A stretch of DNA of 33,497 nt from Elusimicrobia bacterium CG03_land_8_20_14_0_80_50_18 (GCA_002780705.1 PEUP01000024.1:1640-35136); one strand, 5' to 3'. Counted from the stretch's first letter, positions 24,637-33,288 are shown. A program made the numbers and translations. Notes: generated by a model from the letters alone, not told the origin.

Positions 24637-25719
24637 TCAGTTATTATCCATGAGACGGGAAAGAGGCGCTATTTCCACATCTTTCAGTTTGCGCGCTATT
24701 TCTCCGATTGCCTCCGCCGTGTGCTTGCGGGTGGCATGGCCTATGGCAATGGCTCTGCCGTTTTTGCGCGCCATGGCCGCGGCTTCAAGAAGGCGTTTCT
24801 TCACTTCTTTGGACGAATCCATGTTATCAAGAAAAATATTGTTGCGCAGGCACTTCACGCCGGAGCTGGCGGCCGTCTCCCGGCAGACGCTGTTCGGCGA
24901 GGTGGCTGAATCCAGAAAAAAAAGGCCCTCTTTTTTTAAGAGACTCATTACGATTCGCATTTTATCCCTGTTCTCCGTGAAGAGCGAGCCCATGTGATTA
25001 TTCACGCCTTTCACGCCGGGCACGCGGTCGAGCGCGGCGGCGAGCCTTTTTATTATTTCGGCTTCGGACATTGCCACGGTCAACGCGCCTTTTCCAAGCG
25101 CTTTCATATCGGTCTCGCGGGGTTCCATAGGCATGTGGAGAAGTGTGTCCGCTCCGCTTCTTGACAGTGATTCGGCAATAACGCGGCTGTAACGCTGATA
25201 GGGAAGGATGGCGTATGTTAAAGGGATATTCAGCTGGGTAAAAGCGGTGATTTGTTTTTTACTGCCGCCGCAATCGTCTATTATTATGCACAACATCGGC
25301 CCTGTTTTATCGATCCGCAGGTTGATAAGACCGTAAACATTCCCGTCGCGTAGGATTTTAATCTCGCGGGCAAGTTTGTTCTCCGCGTCTTTGACCGACA
25401 GGCTGTATTCACCCTGATCCGGCAAATCTTTTAACAGGGCCTCAGCGCTGAAAAGACCCCATAGAGATTTTTGCAGGAGTATTTTTTTGTTTATTTTGAG
25501 CCATTGAATACGGTTTTTTGCCTTTTCCTCCCACCAGGATGTGACATTTTTTTCCTCCGCGCCCGCTTTTATAAGAGCGTTATTGATGTTTTGCTCTATT
25601 TTGAGGCAGTCTTCAAGGCGGCTCTCCGGCCGGAAAAGCAGCAGCCATGCGGCGACGATGACCGCGGCGCTTAAAAAAAACAGGGGCAGCAGGTTTTTTC
25701 TTTTTTTGCGTTTCGCCAT
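24637..25719 (-). CDS. yibQ: Divergent polysaccharide deacetylase family protein (YibQ-like), N-terminal membrane anchor
   Basis: LCIIIDDCGG and VNNHMGS motifs are present, with one N-terminal hydrophobic helix. It sits in an operon with envC, and the two genes are also neighbours in E. coli. Confidence 0.8.
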   Translation of the reverse strand: MAKRKKRKNLLPLFFLSAAVIVAAWLLLFRPESRLEDCLKIEQNINNALIKAGAEEKNVTSWWEEKAKNRIQWLKINKKILLQKSLWGLFSAEALLKDLPDQGEYSLSVKDAENKLAREIKILRDGNVYGLINLRIDKTGPMLCIIIDDCGGSKKQITAFTQLNIPLTYAILPYQRYSRVIAESLSRSGADTLLHMPMEPRETDMKALGKGALTVAMSEAEIIKRLAAALDRVPGVKGVNNHMGSLFTENRDKMRIVMSLLKKEGLFFLDSATSPNSVCRETAASSGVKCLRNNIFLDNMDSSKEVKKRLLEAAAMARKNGRAIAIGHATRKHTAEAIGEIARKLKDVEIAPLSRLMDNN

Positions 25720-26957
25720 TAATTTTTAGAAACTTCCGGCTGCGGCAGAGTGCCCGAGAATTTCATCTCAGCGAAGAGGATTTCCTTTGCGCGGTCGAGC
25801 TGCTTGTCGCTTATATGCTCCTTTTCCTTTTTTGCTTTCTCTTCTTCGGACATGCCGTAAATTTTCTCGGACTGCTGCATCAGTTTGATGCTCTCCTCCC
25901 GTGAAAGGGCGACATGGATATCGGGTTCTATGCCCTCCTCGTGTATGCATATGCCTTTAGGGGTGTAGTATTTGGCCGTTGTGAGGCGCAGCTCGGATCC
26001 GTCCGAGAGATTTATCAGGCTCTGCACCGAACCTTTGCCGAAACTTTTCTCGCCCAGCAGGATGCCCTTGCCCCAGTCTTTCACGGCGCCCGCGACTATC
26101 TCGGCGCCTGAGGCCGAACCGTGATTTATCAGCACAACAAGGGGTATTTTTTTGTGCAGTGTGCTTTCTGCGTAAAATTTCATATCGGAATTTTTTCGCC
26201 GGCCTTTTGTGTAAACGACCAGCTGGTCTTTATCCAGAAAATGTTTTGACACCTCAACCGCTGAGCTGAGCAGTCCCCCGGGATTGTTGCGGAGATCCAG
26301 TATCAGGGCCTTCATCCCCGCTTTTTCAAAATTATTATAGAACTCAGCGAAGTCCGCGGGCGTTTTTTCGTTGAATTCGGTTACCTGTATGTAGGCTATG
26401 CCGTTGTCGAGAATCCGTGACTTGGCTTTCGGCACGCTCTCTATTTTAATCTCTTCGCGCGTGATCGTCACATCCTGTGTTTCCTGATCCCGAGCTATTG
26501 TGATCGTCACTTTTGTGCCGGGCTTGCCCCGCAGTTTAGTCACCGCGCCCATCACATCTATGTCTTCCGTGCTCTCGCCGTCTATTTTTATTATTTTATC
26601 GCCGGGCAGTATCCCCTCCCTGAACGCGGGTGTACCGGGTATGGGTGTAATGACTGTCAGCCATTTATCCCGTATGGTAATCTTTATTCCCAGGCCCCCG
26701 AAAAAACCCTTGGTTTCGCTTTTCATGAGCTCGGCGGCTTCAGGTTTCATGAATTGCGAAAAAGGGTCAAGTTTTTTTATCATGCCGTTTATGGCGCCGT
26801 CAAGGAGTTCGGAAGTCGCTTTTTCCTCCACATAATTGTTTTCTATCAGAGACAGCACATCGTTAAAGAGATGCAGTTCCTCGTAGTCTGTTTTGGACGC
26901 GCCCCACGCCAGAGCTCCGATCATAATAGCGAGCACCAAAGCTGAAAAATTTCTCAT
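25719..26957 (-). CDS. ctpA: Carboxyl-terminal processing protease (S41) with PDZ domain
   Basis: Signal-like N-terminus. The PDZ segment is GILPGDKIIKIDG. The catalytic region is NHGSASGAEIVAGA followed by FGKGSVQ. GGGAG lies 7 nt before the ATG. Confidence 0.9.
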   Translation of the reverse strand: MRNFSALVLAIMIGALAWGASKTDYEELHLFNDVLSLIENNYVEEKATSELLDGAINGMIKKLDPFSQFMKPEAAELMKSETKGFFGGLGIKITIRDKWLTVITPIPGTPAFREGILPGDKIIKIDGESTEDIDVMGAVTKLRGKPGTKVTITIARDQETQDVTITREEIKIESVPKAKSRILDNGIAYIQVTEFNEKTPADFAEFYNNFEKAGMKALILDLRNNPGGLLSSAVEVSKHFLDKDQLVVYTKGRRKNSDMKFYAESTLHKKIPLVVLINHGSASGAEIVAGAVKDWGKGILLGEKSFGKGSVQSLINLSDGSELRLTTAKYYTPKGICIHEEGIEPDIHVALSREESIKLMQQSEKIYGMSEEEKAKKEKEHISDKQLDRAKEILFAEMKFSGTLPQPEVSKN

Positions 26958-26993
26958 AAATTCACTCCCTGCCTGCCGCTAGGCAGGCTTCAA

Positions 26994-28178
26994 TCATTGT
27001 TTGAGCAGCCAGAGCAGCGGATCCTCGGGGACGCCGTTGCGTCGTATTTCAAAATACAGGGGGTCCCCGGGCAAAACGCTCCCCAGCTTAGAGGATGTCT
27101 CCACCTTCTCATCCGTTTTAACATCTATATCGCCAAAGCCCGACGTTACGGTATAAAAGCCGCCGCCGTGATCTATAATAACAGTTTTTCCGTAACCCTT
27201 GAAGTAGCCGGCAAAAGAAACGGTCCCGTTTTGGACACTGTTCACGCATTCTGTTGAGCCCTCTATTTTGATTCCCCTGTTTATTACATGGGTGTCAAGC
27301 ACGGGATGTTTATGCCTGCCGAAAGGGCTCACTATGCTGCCGGCAAGCGGCCAGGGCAGCCGTCCGCGCAGCGCGTCCAGTTCCCGTTCTTTTTCCTTTT
27401 CTGTCAGAAGGTCTTTTTTCTTCTTCATAAAAGTTTCCAGCAGGCGGTCTATTTCCTTTTTGCTTTTTTCTTTTTCGACGAGTTCTTTCCGCAGTGTTTT
27501 CTGCTGTTCGTGAATCTTATCCAGGGATCTTTTGTGGCTCAACTGGATTTTTTTATTGGACGCCACTTTTGAGCTGAAGTCGCCGAGCGCGGCCTCAAGT
27601 TCTTCTATTTTTTTTTCCACGATCTTTCTTTCCGAAGCGAGGTTCTGCTGTTTGGCGGCGCAGCTTTCTGCGAAAGTGCTGACCTGCATAACAAGGTCGC
27701 CCAGGAGAAGTGACTTGATCCGCACCTTGCTGCCTTCCTCAAAATCATGCATCAGAAGCGCCGTGCCGTCACCTGAAGAGGCGCAGAGTTTTTTTATGAC
27801 AGCGGAATTTTCCTCGGTGAAGATCCTGCTTTTGCGCGCCAGGTCTCCTGTCTGTTCAAGTTCCGCTATCAGAATATTCAGATTATCCCTGCGGTTTTTG
27901 TAATCATTATTCAGGTTATTTATTTTTGATGTCAGTTCCCGGATATTCGCGGCAATCATGTCTATTTTAACCGAGGCGGTCTCCTTTTTTGTGTTCAGCT
28001 GGTCTATCTCAAGCGATATTCTGTTGATTTCTTCGTTCAGGGCGGAGAATTCGGCGTTGCTCCGGATGATTTCATCTTCAACCTCCCGGATTTTTGAGTC
28101 TATCCCGCACCATGCCGCTGAGGCGTATAAACATATCATCGCCGTCACGAATTTCAGGCCCGTGGAAGGACTAAGCAC
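26994..28178 (-). CDS. envC: EnvC-like murein hydrolase activator (coiled coil plus degenerate LytM/M23 domain)
   Basis: Signal-like N-terminus, then about 250 aa of coiled coil, then a C-terminal M23 fold. The HxxxD position reads NRGIKI and the HxH position reads PLYFEIR, so the metal ligands are absent. GTG start overlaps ftsX by 8 nt. Confidence 0.85.
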   Translation of the reverse strand: MLSPSTGLKFVTAMICLYASAAWCGIDSKIREVEDEIIRSNAEFSALNEEINRISLEIDQLNTKKETASVKIDMIAANIRELTSKINNLNNDYKNRRDNLNILIAELEQTGDLARKSRIFTEENSAVIKKLCASSGDGTALLMHDFEEGSKVRIKSLLLGDLVMQVSTFAESCAAKQQNLASERKIVEKKIEELEAALGDFSSKVASNKKIQLSHKRSLDKIHEQQKTLRKELVEKEKSKKEIDRLLETFMKKKKDLLTEKEKERELDALRGRLPWPLAGSIVSPFGRHKHPVLDTHVINRGIKIEGSTECVNSVQNGTVSFAGYFKGYGKTVIIDHGGGFYTVTSGFGDIDVKTDEKVETSSKLGSVLPGDPLYFEIRRNGVPEDPLLWLLKQ

Positions 28179-28953
28179 TTTTTACAAGCCTTGACGCCGA
28201 CGGAAGCGATGATAGAGCCAGCATGAGCAATATCTCACCGGGTGTCAGAAAAAACATTATTCCGCCGCGGTTTGTCTGATAGAAAGCCAGAAGAATCAGC
28301 ATGGATATGATCAGAGAAGCGAGAGGAATGAGAAAGAGCTCAGAGGCGTATTTGAGGAGAATGTCACCCGGGGGCACTGCCCGCTCGCTCAGGAACCGGA
28401 ATTTCTCCGAAAGGTATTTCATTGAGGATGATGCGCCGAGAGCCGCTCCAAAGGCGCTCAGTAAGAGCAGGGCTGTTATGAAGCGGATGGCTTTTTGAAA
28501 ATCCGAAGCGAAGACAAAGAGTTTTTTTACCGCGTTGCCGCCGCTGTCAACGGCCTTAATCCCGTGCATGTTTTCTATAAGGGAGGCAATTCTCCCGAAG
28601 TTTTCATAGTTGAGGCTGCCCGGATAAATTTTTATGAGCGAAGGAATTTCTACACTTTTTATGGATAACAATATATCTTTTTTAGCCAGAGCGCCTTCCA
28701 TGGCCTCGAGAACCTCGTTTTCCGTGAGCACGGCGGCATTCTTTACGCCGCTAATTTCCTCTATTTTGTTTTTGAGAGCGGTCAGCTCCTCCGTTTTCCG
28801 CTCGTCGCTGTATGCGGTGAGGAATATGCTGTTTTTGAGTTTTTCAAAATAGTTTCCCGAGGAAGAGCGAAACAGCATAACAGCCCCTATGCATGTCAGA
28901 AACAGCGTGTGCGAGGCGAGCGCCGCTAATTTATTCTTCGTTGAGTTTTCCAT
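28171..28953 (-). CDS. ftsX: FtsX-like cell-division ABC permease
   Basis: 260 aa. The topology is TM1, a soluble loop of about 110 aa, then three C-terminal TMs. It lies between ftsE-like and envC-like genes and overlaps both. Confidence 0.8.
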   Translation of the reverse strand: MENSTKNKLAALASHTLFLTCIGAVMLFRSSSGNYFEKLKNSIFLTAYSDERKTEELTALKNKIEEISGVKNAAVLTENEVLEAMEGALAKKDILLSIKSVEIPSLIKIYPGSLNYENFGRIASLIENMHGIKAVDSGGNAVKKLFVFASDFQKAIRFITALLLLSAFGAALGASSSMKYLSEKFRFLSERAVPPGDILLKYASELFLIPLASLIISMLILLAFYQTNRGGIMFFLTPGEILLMLALSSLPSASRLVKSA

Positions 28954-29536
28954 CTTTCAGCAGCAGGTGCTTTGTCAGGGCCGGACAGGCGGCGGGGCAG
29001 GCCAGGGTGCTTGAGATTAATATGGCGGTGCCCTGGTCCCGTTTTTTTTCAGCCGCCTGTATAAAAAGTACGCGCTGCTCATTATCAAGCGGCACGAGAG
29101 GGTCATCAAAGAAAATCATCTCGGCATCCAGCACAAGAAAAGTCGCCAGTATCAGCATCTGTCTCTGGCTGCCCGAGAGATTTTTAGCGGGGATATTCCT
29201 CGCGCTGAAAAGATTCATGTGTTTCAGGAGCTCGGCCATAACAAAAGCCGAGTCCTCTTTGCCGCGCAAAAGGGTCATTATATTGTCTTTGACACTTTCA
29301 TTTTCAAGAAGAGCGGCCCCGGGTGTGCACAAGGGCGCGGAGGCGTATGAGAGAAGTTCGCCTTTGGCCGGCCGGAGCTTCCCCGCGAGAGTGCGCATGA
29401 GCAGGCTTTTGCCGGCAGCGGCTCGGCCCTCCAGCCATATAAAATCGCCTTTTTTGATTTCCAGCCGCACATTTTTAAAAACAATAGCGCGGCTGTTTTC
29501 CAGCCATATATTTTCAGCTTTCAATAGTAGTTTCAT
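28931..29536 (-). CDS. ftsE: FtsE-like ABC ATP-binding protein with substituted catalytic positions
   Basis: 201 aa. Walker A is GRAAAGKS. The signature motif is LSGSQRQ. Walker B is MIFFDDP, with Asp where the catalytic Glu is expected. The H-loop position reads ILISST, with no His. The region between Walker A and the Q-loop is shortened. Confidence 0.75.
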   Translation of the reverse strand: MKLLLKAENIWLENSRAIVFKNVRLEIKKGDFIWLEGRAAAGKSLLMRTLAGKLRPAKGELLSYASAPLCTPGAALLENESVKDNIMTLLRGKEDSAFVMAELLKHMNLFSARNIPAKNLSGSQRQMLILATFLVLDAEMIFFDDPLVPLDNEQRVLFIQAAEKKRDQGTAILISSTLACPAACPALTKHLLLKDGKLNEE

Positions 29537-30420
29537 GGTTTCAGTTTATCTTTTAGTAAATTTACAAAGATTTGAAAAGCGCATTCTTCAGCGATACGCG
29601 GAAGTTCCGCGCGCTTATTCCGGACGGGGCCTGTTTCCTGTAAAAAATTCATGGTCTTGGCTGAATAGGCCACAGCTTCGTAATCAGCGCCCGCAAGCTC
29701 CGCCAGCACCAGGGAATGGTAAGGCATCAGTATAAAAAAATCACAGCCGGCGAAAAAACATTCTGCCTGAGAGAGCGTTTCTATGAGCGCGGGATATTTT
29801 CCACCGGCCAGATGACGGGCTTCCGGCATGTCTTTCGGGCTTAGAACGGCAAATTTAAATTCCGAGCCGGGCCACTTGCGCCGGCACGAGGCGATTGCGT
29901 CTCTCAGTCCGCGGCCTTTGCCGCGGGGGATAACGCCTATTGTCTTCGGGGGGACGAGTTTACGGCATCTGAAATTTTGGAGTGAAAAGGCGCAATCGGC
30001 GCTTTTAAAAGGCCGCAATCCCAATGAACGCAGGAGAGCGTAAGAAGCGCCGTCACGGACACTTATAAAGGAAGCGAGTTTAAGCACCTGTTTGAGAACA
30101 GCTTTATTGAAAGACCGCCGAATCTCAAATCCCGAATCAATAAGGAAGACCGGTTTGGACAAAAGCGCCGCGGCGCAGATCACGGTTGAGTAGAACAAAA
30201 GAGAAAGAGAAGATGTCTCGTCCTGGAAGACGCTGCCTCCCGGAAAGACGACAGCGTCGGCGTTGGCGATTGATGTAATGAGCGAAAGCGGCTTGGTTTT
30301 CATGCGCGGAATATGCCGCACGCGCCAGGCCTTCATGCGGCGGGTAAAAAGAGCAAGAATCAGTTCGTCGCCGAAATTGCCGTAGCCGAAATATCCGGCG
30401 GCGAATATTGTTTTTCTCAC
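29533..30420 (-). CDS. csaB: Polysaccharide pyruvyl transferase, CsaB-like
   Basis: AAGYFGYGNFGDELIL N-terminus. GGSVFQDETS and ISVRDGAS segments. GTG start with a GTGA overlap to the upstream gene and an ATGA overlap to ftsE. Confidence 0.75.
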   Translation of the reverse strand: MRKTIFAAGYFGYGNFGDELILALFTRRMKAWRVRHIPRMKTKPLSLITSIANADAVVFPGGSVFQDETSSLSLLFYSTVICAAALLSKPVFLIDSGFEIRRSFNKAVLKQVLKLASFISVRDGASYALLRSLGLRPFKSADCAFSLQNFRCRKLVPPKTIGVIPRGKGRGLRDAIASCRRKWPGSEFKFAVLSPKDMPEARHLAGGKYPALIETLSQAECFFAGCDFFILMPYHSLVLAELAGADYEAVAYSAKTMNFLQETGPVRNKRAELPRIAEECAFQIFVNLLKDKLKP

Positions 30421-32303
30421 TTATAGTCTATGAATTTGAAAAAGCTGTTTAGTACGATCAGTCCGGCGCCCGCGAGCGCCCCCAGGGCCAGTCCGTTGAA
30501 AGTTCTGAATAAGCATATCCCTATGGGAGAGTGTATGTGGGCAAAGGTGTTGATGATGGATACCTGCCCGATCAGTCCGAGGATTATGAGAGGCCTGAAA
30601 TGTATTTTCTTTGTTTTTGAAGCCTGCGAATAAAAATAGAAACCCATTATCATCAGAGGATGCCCCAGCGCGAATTCTTTAAAGCGGGGTCTCGCGAAGA
30701 AGAATTTTTCAAGGACTTCTCTCACCTCCATCTCAAAAGGCAGCACAAAGCTCATTTTATTGGAGCTGCGCAGGAGCATAAGGATAAGGGCGGCAGCGAT
30801 GCCTATTCCGAAAAAAAGATGCTGCAGTTCAAGCCGTTTGTGCCACAACCTGTTCAAGCTTGTTGAGAAATAGCTTTTTTCCCGTCCGTAAAGGATGACA
30901 AAGGCGAACGCCGGAGGCAGCAGCAGAGACAGCTTTACGCCGCGGAACGAATTGATCTTCAGCATGAAATCGGTGGATGAGAGAATCGCCGAAACGAAAA
31001 TACCTCCAAGGATAGAGATAAAGGAAACCTTCAGAAACAGCCATAATGCTCCCGCCAGCGGCGCGAGCGGGGGTTTCTGCCATGTCTTGGAAATGGCCAG
31101 CACCGGGAATATCACCGTGGCCAGAAAAGCGATAAAAAGCCGCCATGGTGTGTAAGCGGAAAAAAACACCGAACAGGCCATGGCTATGACGACATACGCG
31201 ATTTCAAATTGTCTGCTTGTGTTGGCTACGACGGATAAGAGCCAGAGGGCGCCCGCGAGCACCGCGAGGCTTATAAAAAGGAAGGCGTAAAAACCCCCGT
31301 TCCATAAAGGCAATGCCGAAAATTTTCCGCTTCTGAAAGAATTGTCATCCAGTCCCCGTTTGATGGCTCCGGCATAAGAGAGAAACTCCGAATAGGTTTC
31401 TTCGGCGGGGTGTATGTATATCAGCTGTACATTTCTTTCCCTGACGCTTCTGAGTGAAGCGCTGATTTTTGTTGAGGCGTTTTTGCCTTGCGGCGAGAAG
31501 CAGAGAAATGTTTTGCCGAGAATCGAGGCTGTCTCATCCGCGCCGGCGATGGCGGCGAATTCCACTGTACCGAAAGGTATGTTCAGCTGTTCAGCTTTTT
31601 CGGCGAGTTTTTCGGCGGATCCGGGAATCCTGCCTCCCGAGGGCAAAATGCCGGTTAAGTGTTTGTCGCCGGCGAAAGCGTCGAACAGAGTGTCAATCCA
31701 CGCGTCGCTCACAAGAGGATCATGTTTTGGCCGCAGAACATAATTGAAGCCCGCGCTTTTTACGGCCTTCACCTCTTCTTCCCAGAAACCCAGCCCCACA
31801 TTTTCCACGGCAAGTTTATCGGCAAGAGCTATCACGAGATAATAACGCCCCGTGTAAGTGCCGATGACAGACACCCCTGGCAGCTTTAAGAGCAGGGCGT
31901 TTTTTATCATCACCCCCAATGAGGGATTTTCGGTGAAGATATAGGTGTAGCCCGACTTGTTTGCTATCTGCTGCGATTCAAGAAAAACAGGCGAACGGTT
32001 GAAGATGTATTTCCATTTGTTCACCTCCCGGCCGTCGGCGAGTATGATCTGGCCCCTGTCGTTCAGTTCTCTTACGGTGGATTCCTCAATTCCGACAGTT
32101 GTGATACCGACATCTTTAAGCTCGGGCAATATCTGAGCGGCGCTCTTGCCGGATATTTCAGCGAGATGGCGTATATCGGAGAAATCGACGGCCGTCTCAA
32201 CCGCGCTGAGGGTTTTTTCCAGCTCTATCCTCTGAAAGAGAACGAAAACGGAAAAAGCGAAACCCAGCGACAGGAAAAAGAATATGGCGTTATTCTTTTT
32301 CAT
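30417..32303 (-). CDS. Large membrane protein, probably DUF5693 family (N-terminal anchor, extracytoplasmic domain of about 320 aa, polytopic C-terminal half)
   Basis: 628-aa ORF translationally coupled to csaB. The DUF5693 assignment rests only on architecture and on my recollection that DUF5693 genes neighbour csaB. I did not identify a motif. Confidence 0.6.
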   Translation of the reverse strand: MKKNNAIFFFLSLGFAFSVFVLFQRIELEKTLSAVETAVDFSDIRHLAEISGKSAAQILPELKDVGITTVGIEESTVRELNDRGQIILADGREVNKWKYIFNRSPVFLESQQIANKSGYTYIFTENPSLGVMIKNALLLKLPGVSVIGTYTGRYYLVIALADKLAVENVGLGFWEEEVKAVKSAGFNYVLRPKHDPLVSDAWIDTLFDAFAGDKHLTGILPSGGRIPGSAEKLAEKAEQLNIPFGTVEFAAIAGADETASILGKTFLCFSPQGKNASTKISASLRSVRERNVQLIYIHPAEETYSEFLSYAGAIKRGLDDNSFRSGKFSALPLWNGGFYAFLFISLAVLAGALWLLSVVANTSRQFEIAYVVIAMACSVFFSAYTPWRLFIAFLATVIFPVLAISKTWQKPPLAPLAGALWLFLKVSFISILGGIFVSAILSSTDFMLKINSFRGVKLSLLLPPAFAFVILYGREKSYFSTSLNRLWHKRLELQHLFFGIGIAAALILMLLRSSNKMSFVLPFEMEVREVLEKFFFARPRFKEFALGHPLMIMGFYFYSQASKTKKIHFRPLIILGLIGQVSIINTFAHIHSPIGICLFRTFNGLALGALAGAGLIVLNSFFKFIDYK

Positions 32304-32336
32304 CTATTCCGGACAGGGACAGCTTCTGACGATTTG

Positions 32337-33089
32337 TCAGGATTTGCGTTTTTTTTCAAGAATCTTCACCGCCTCAATAGCCATCTGTATGGCTTCGTCA
32401 ACACCCACTTTCTTTGCGATGGGCTGGTCATCGTAGGTGAGGCCTATGATAGCCAGGACTTCCCCCGCATAGACCCTCCTTATGGAAGAAACGACGAAAA
32501 GGGCCGCCGATTCCATGGAGGTGGCCAGGACATTGCCCTTGTACCAGGCGTTCCACATCGCTCTCGTGTTAGGGCCCAAAGGAAGCTCATCCATGTCAGC
32601 TCCCTCGGTGTAAAAGGCGTCTTTGCAGTGAGAGATACCGGTGTGATATTTTATTTTCAGCTTATTTCCGGCTTCAACAAGAGCCTGTGTCACGCCGAAA
32701 TCCGCCACGGCCGGATAGCTGAGAGGTATGTATTGCCGTGTTGTTCCTTCCTCGCGGACCGCCGCGGTGGAAATGACGACATCTCCCAGCCCCACTTCTT
32801 TCTGCAGGGAGCCCGCCGTGCCTATGCGTATGAATGTGTCGGCGCCGCATTTTATAAGTTCCTCGACGCAGATGGCCGTTGAGGGGCATCCGATTCCGGT
32901 GGAAGTCGTGCTTATCTTGATTCCGCCAACAGTCCCCGTGAAGGTTCTGTATTCGCGGTTGTTAGCTATTTCTTTCGCGTTGTCAAAATATTTAGCTATT
33001 TTCTCCGTCCTGCCGGGATCCCCGGGAAGAAGAACATATCTTCCCACGTCGCCCTTGCCTAATGCCACATGATACTCTTTCTGACTCAT
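32337..33089 (-). CDS. udp: Uridine phosphorylase (PNP/UDP family 1)
   Basis: LLPGDPGRTEKIAKYF, STGIGCPSTAICVEEL, FIRIGTAGS, YPAVADF and SMESAAL are present. The ATG at 33089 lies 8 nt after GGGAGG. The ORF-track start at 33116 adds 9 aa. Confidence 0.8.
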   Translation of the reverse strand: MSQKEYHVALGKGDVGRYVLLPGDPGRTEKIAKYFDNAKEIANNREYRTFTGTVGGIKISTTSTGIGCPSTAICVEELIKCGADTFIRIGTAGSLQKEVGLGDVVISTAAVREEGTTRQYIPLSYPAVADFGVTQALVEAGNKLKIKYHTGISHCKDAFYTEGADMDELPLGPNTRAMWNAWYKGNVLATSMESAALFVVSSIRRVYAGEVLAIIGLTYDDQPIAKKVGVDEAIQMAIEAVKILEKKRKS

Positions 33090-33153
33090 AACCTTTGCCT
33101 CCCGCTTAATCATCAACCAAAATCATTTCCGGCGCTATGATAACAAATAAGAA

Positions 33154-33197
33154 TGTGAAAAAAAAGGGGGACGGATGTGAAAAAAAAGGGGGACGGA
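33154..33197. repeat. Perfect 22-bp tandem duplication (TGTGAAAAAAAAGGGGGACGGA x2)
   Basis: 33154-33175 is identical to 33176-33197. The second copy supplies most of the left arm of the adjacent hairpin. Confidence 0.95.
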
Positions 33198-33230
33198 GGA
33201 AAGCCGGACTTTCCTCCGTCCCCCTTTTTT
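33180..33230. terminator. Bidirectional intrinsic-terminator-like hairpin in a divergent intergenic region
   Basis: A8 (33180-33187). GGGGGACGGAGGAAAG (33188-33203). Loop CCGGA. CTTTCCTCCGTCCCCC (33209-33224), which is a perfect 16-bp stem. T6 (33225-33230). Confidence 0.7.
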
Positions 33231-33258
33231 CTTCAGGGCTGCAGGGGGCGATATTAAA

Positions 33259-33288
33259 TTGACAAACCGGCGCGCTTTAATGTATAAA
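33259..33288 (+). promoter_or_regulatory. Sigma70-like promoter for the partial gene at the window end
   Basis: TTGACA (33259-33264), 18-nt spacer ending in TG, TATAAA (33283-33288). Confidence 0.45.

Noticed and set aside
33138-33263. A 41-codon + strand ORF (ATG at 33138) running through the tandem repeat and hairpin.
   Set aside because: It has no SD. Its sequence is dictated by the A/G-rich repeat and the hairpin arms, and it ends inside the next promoter. It is most likely not coding.
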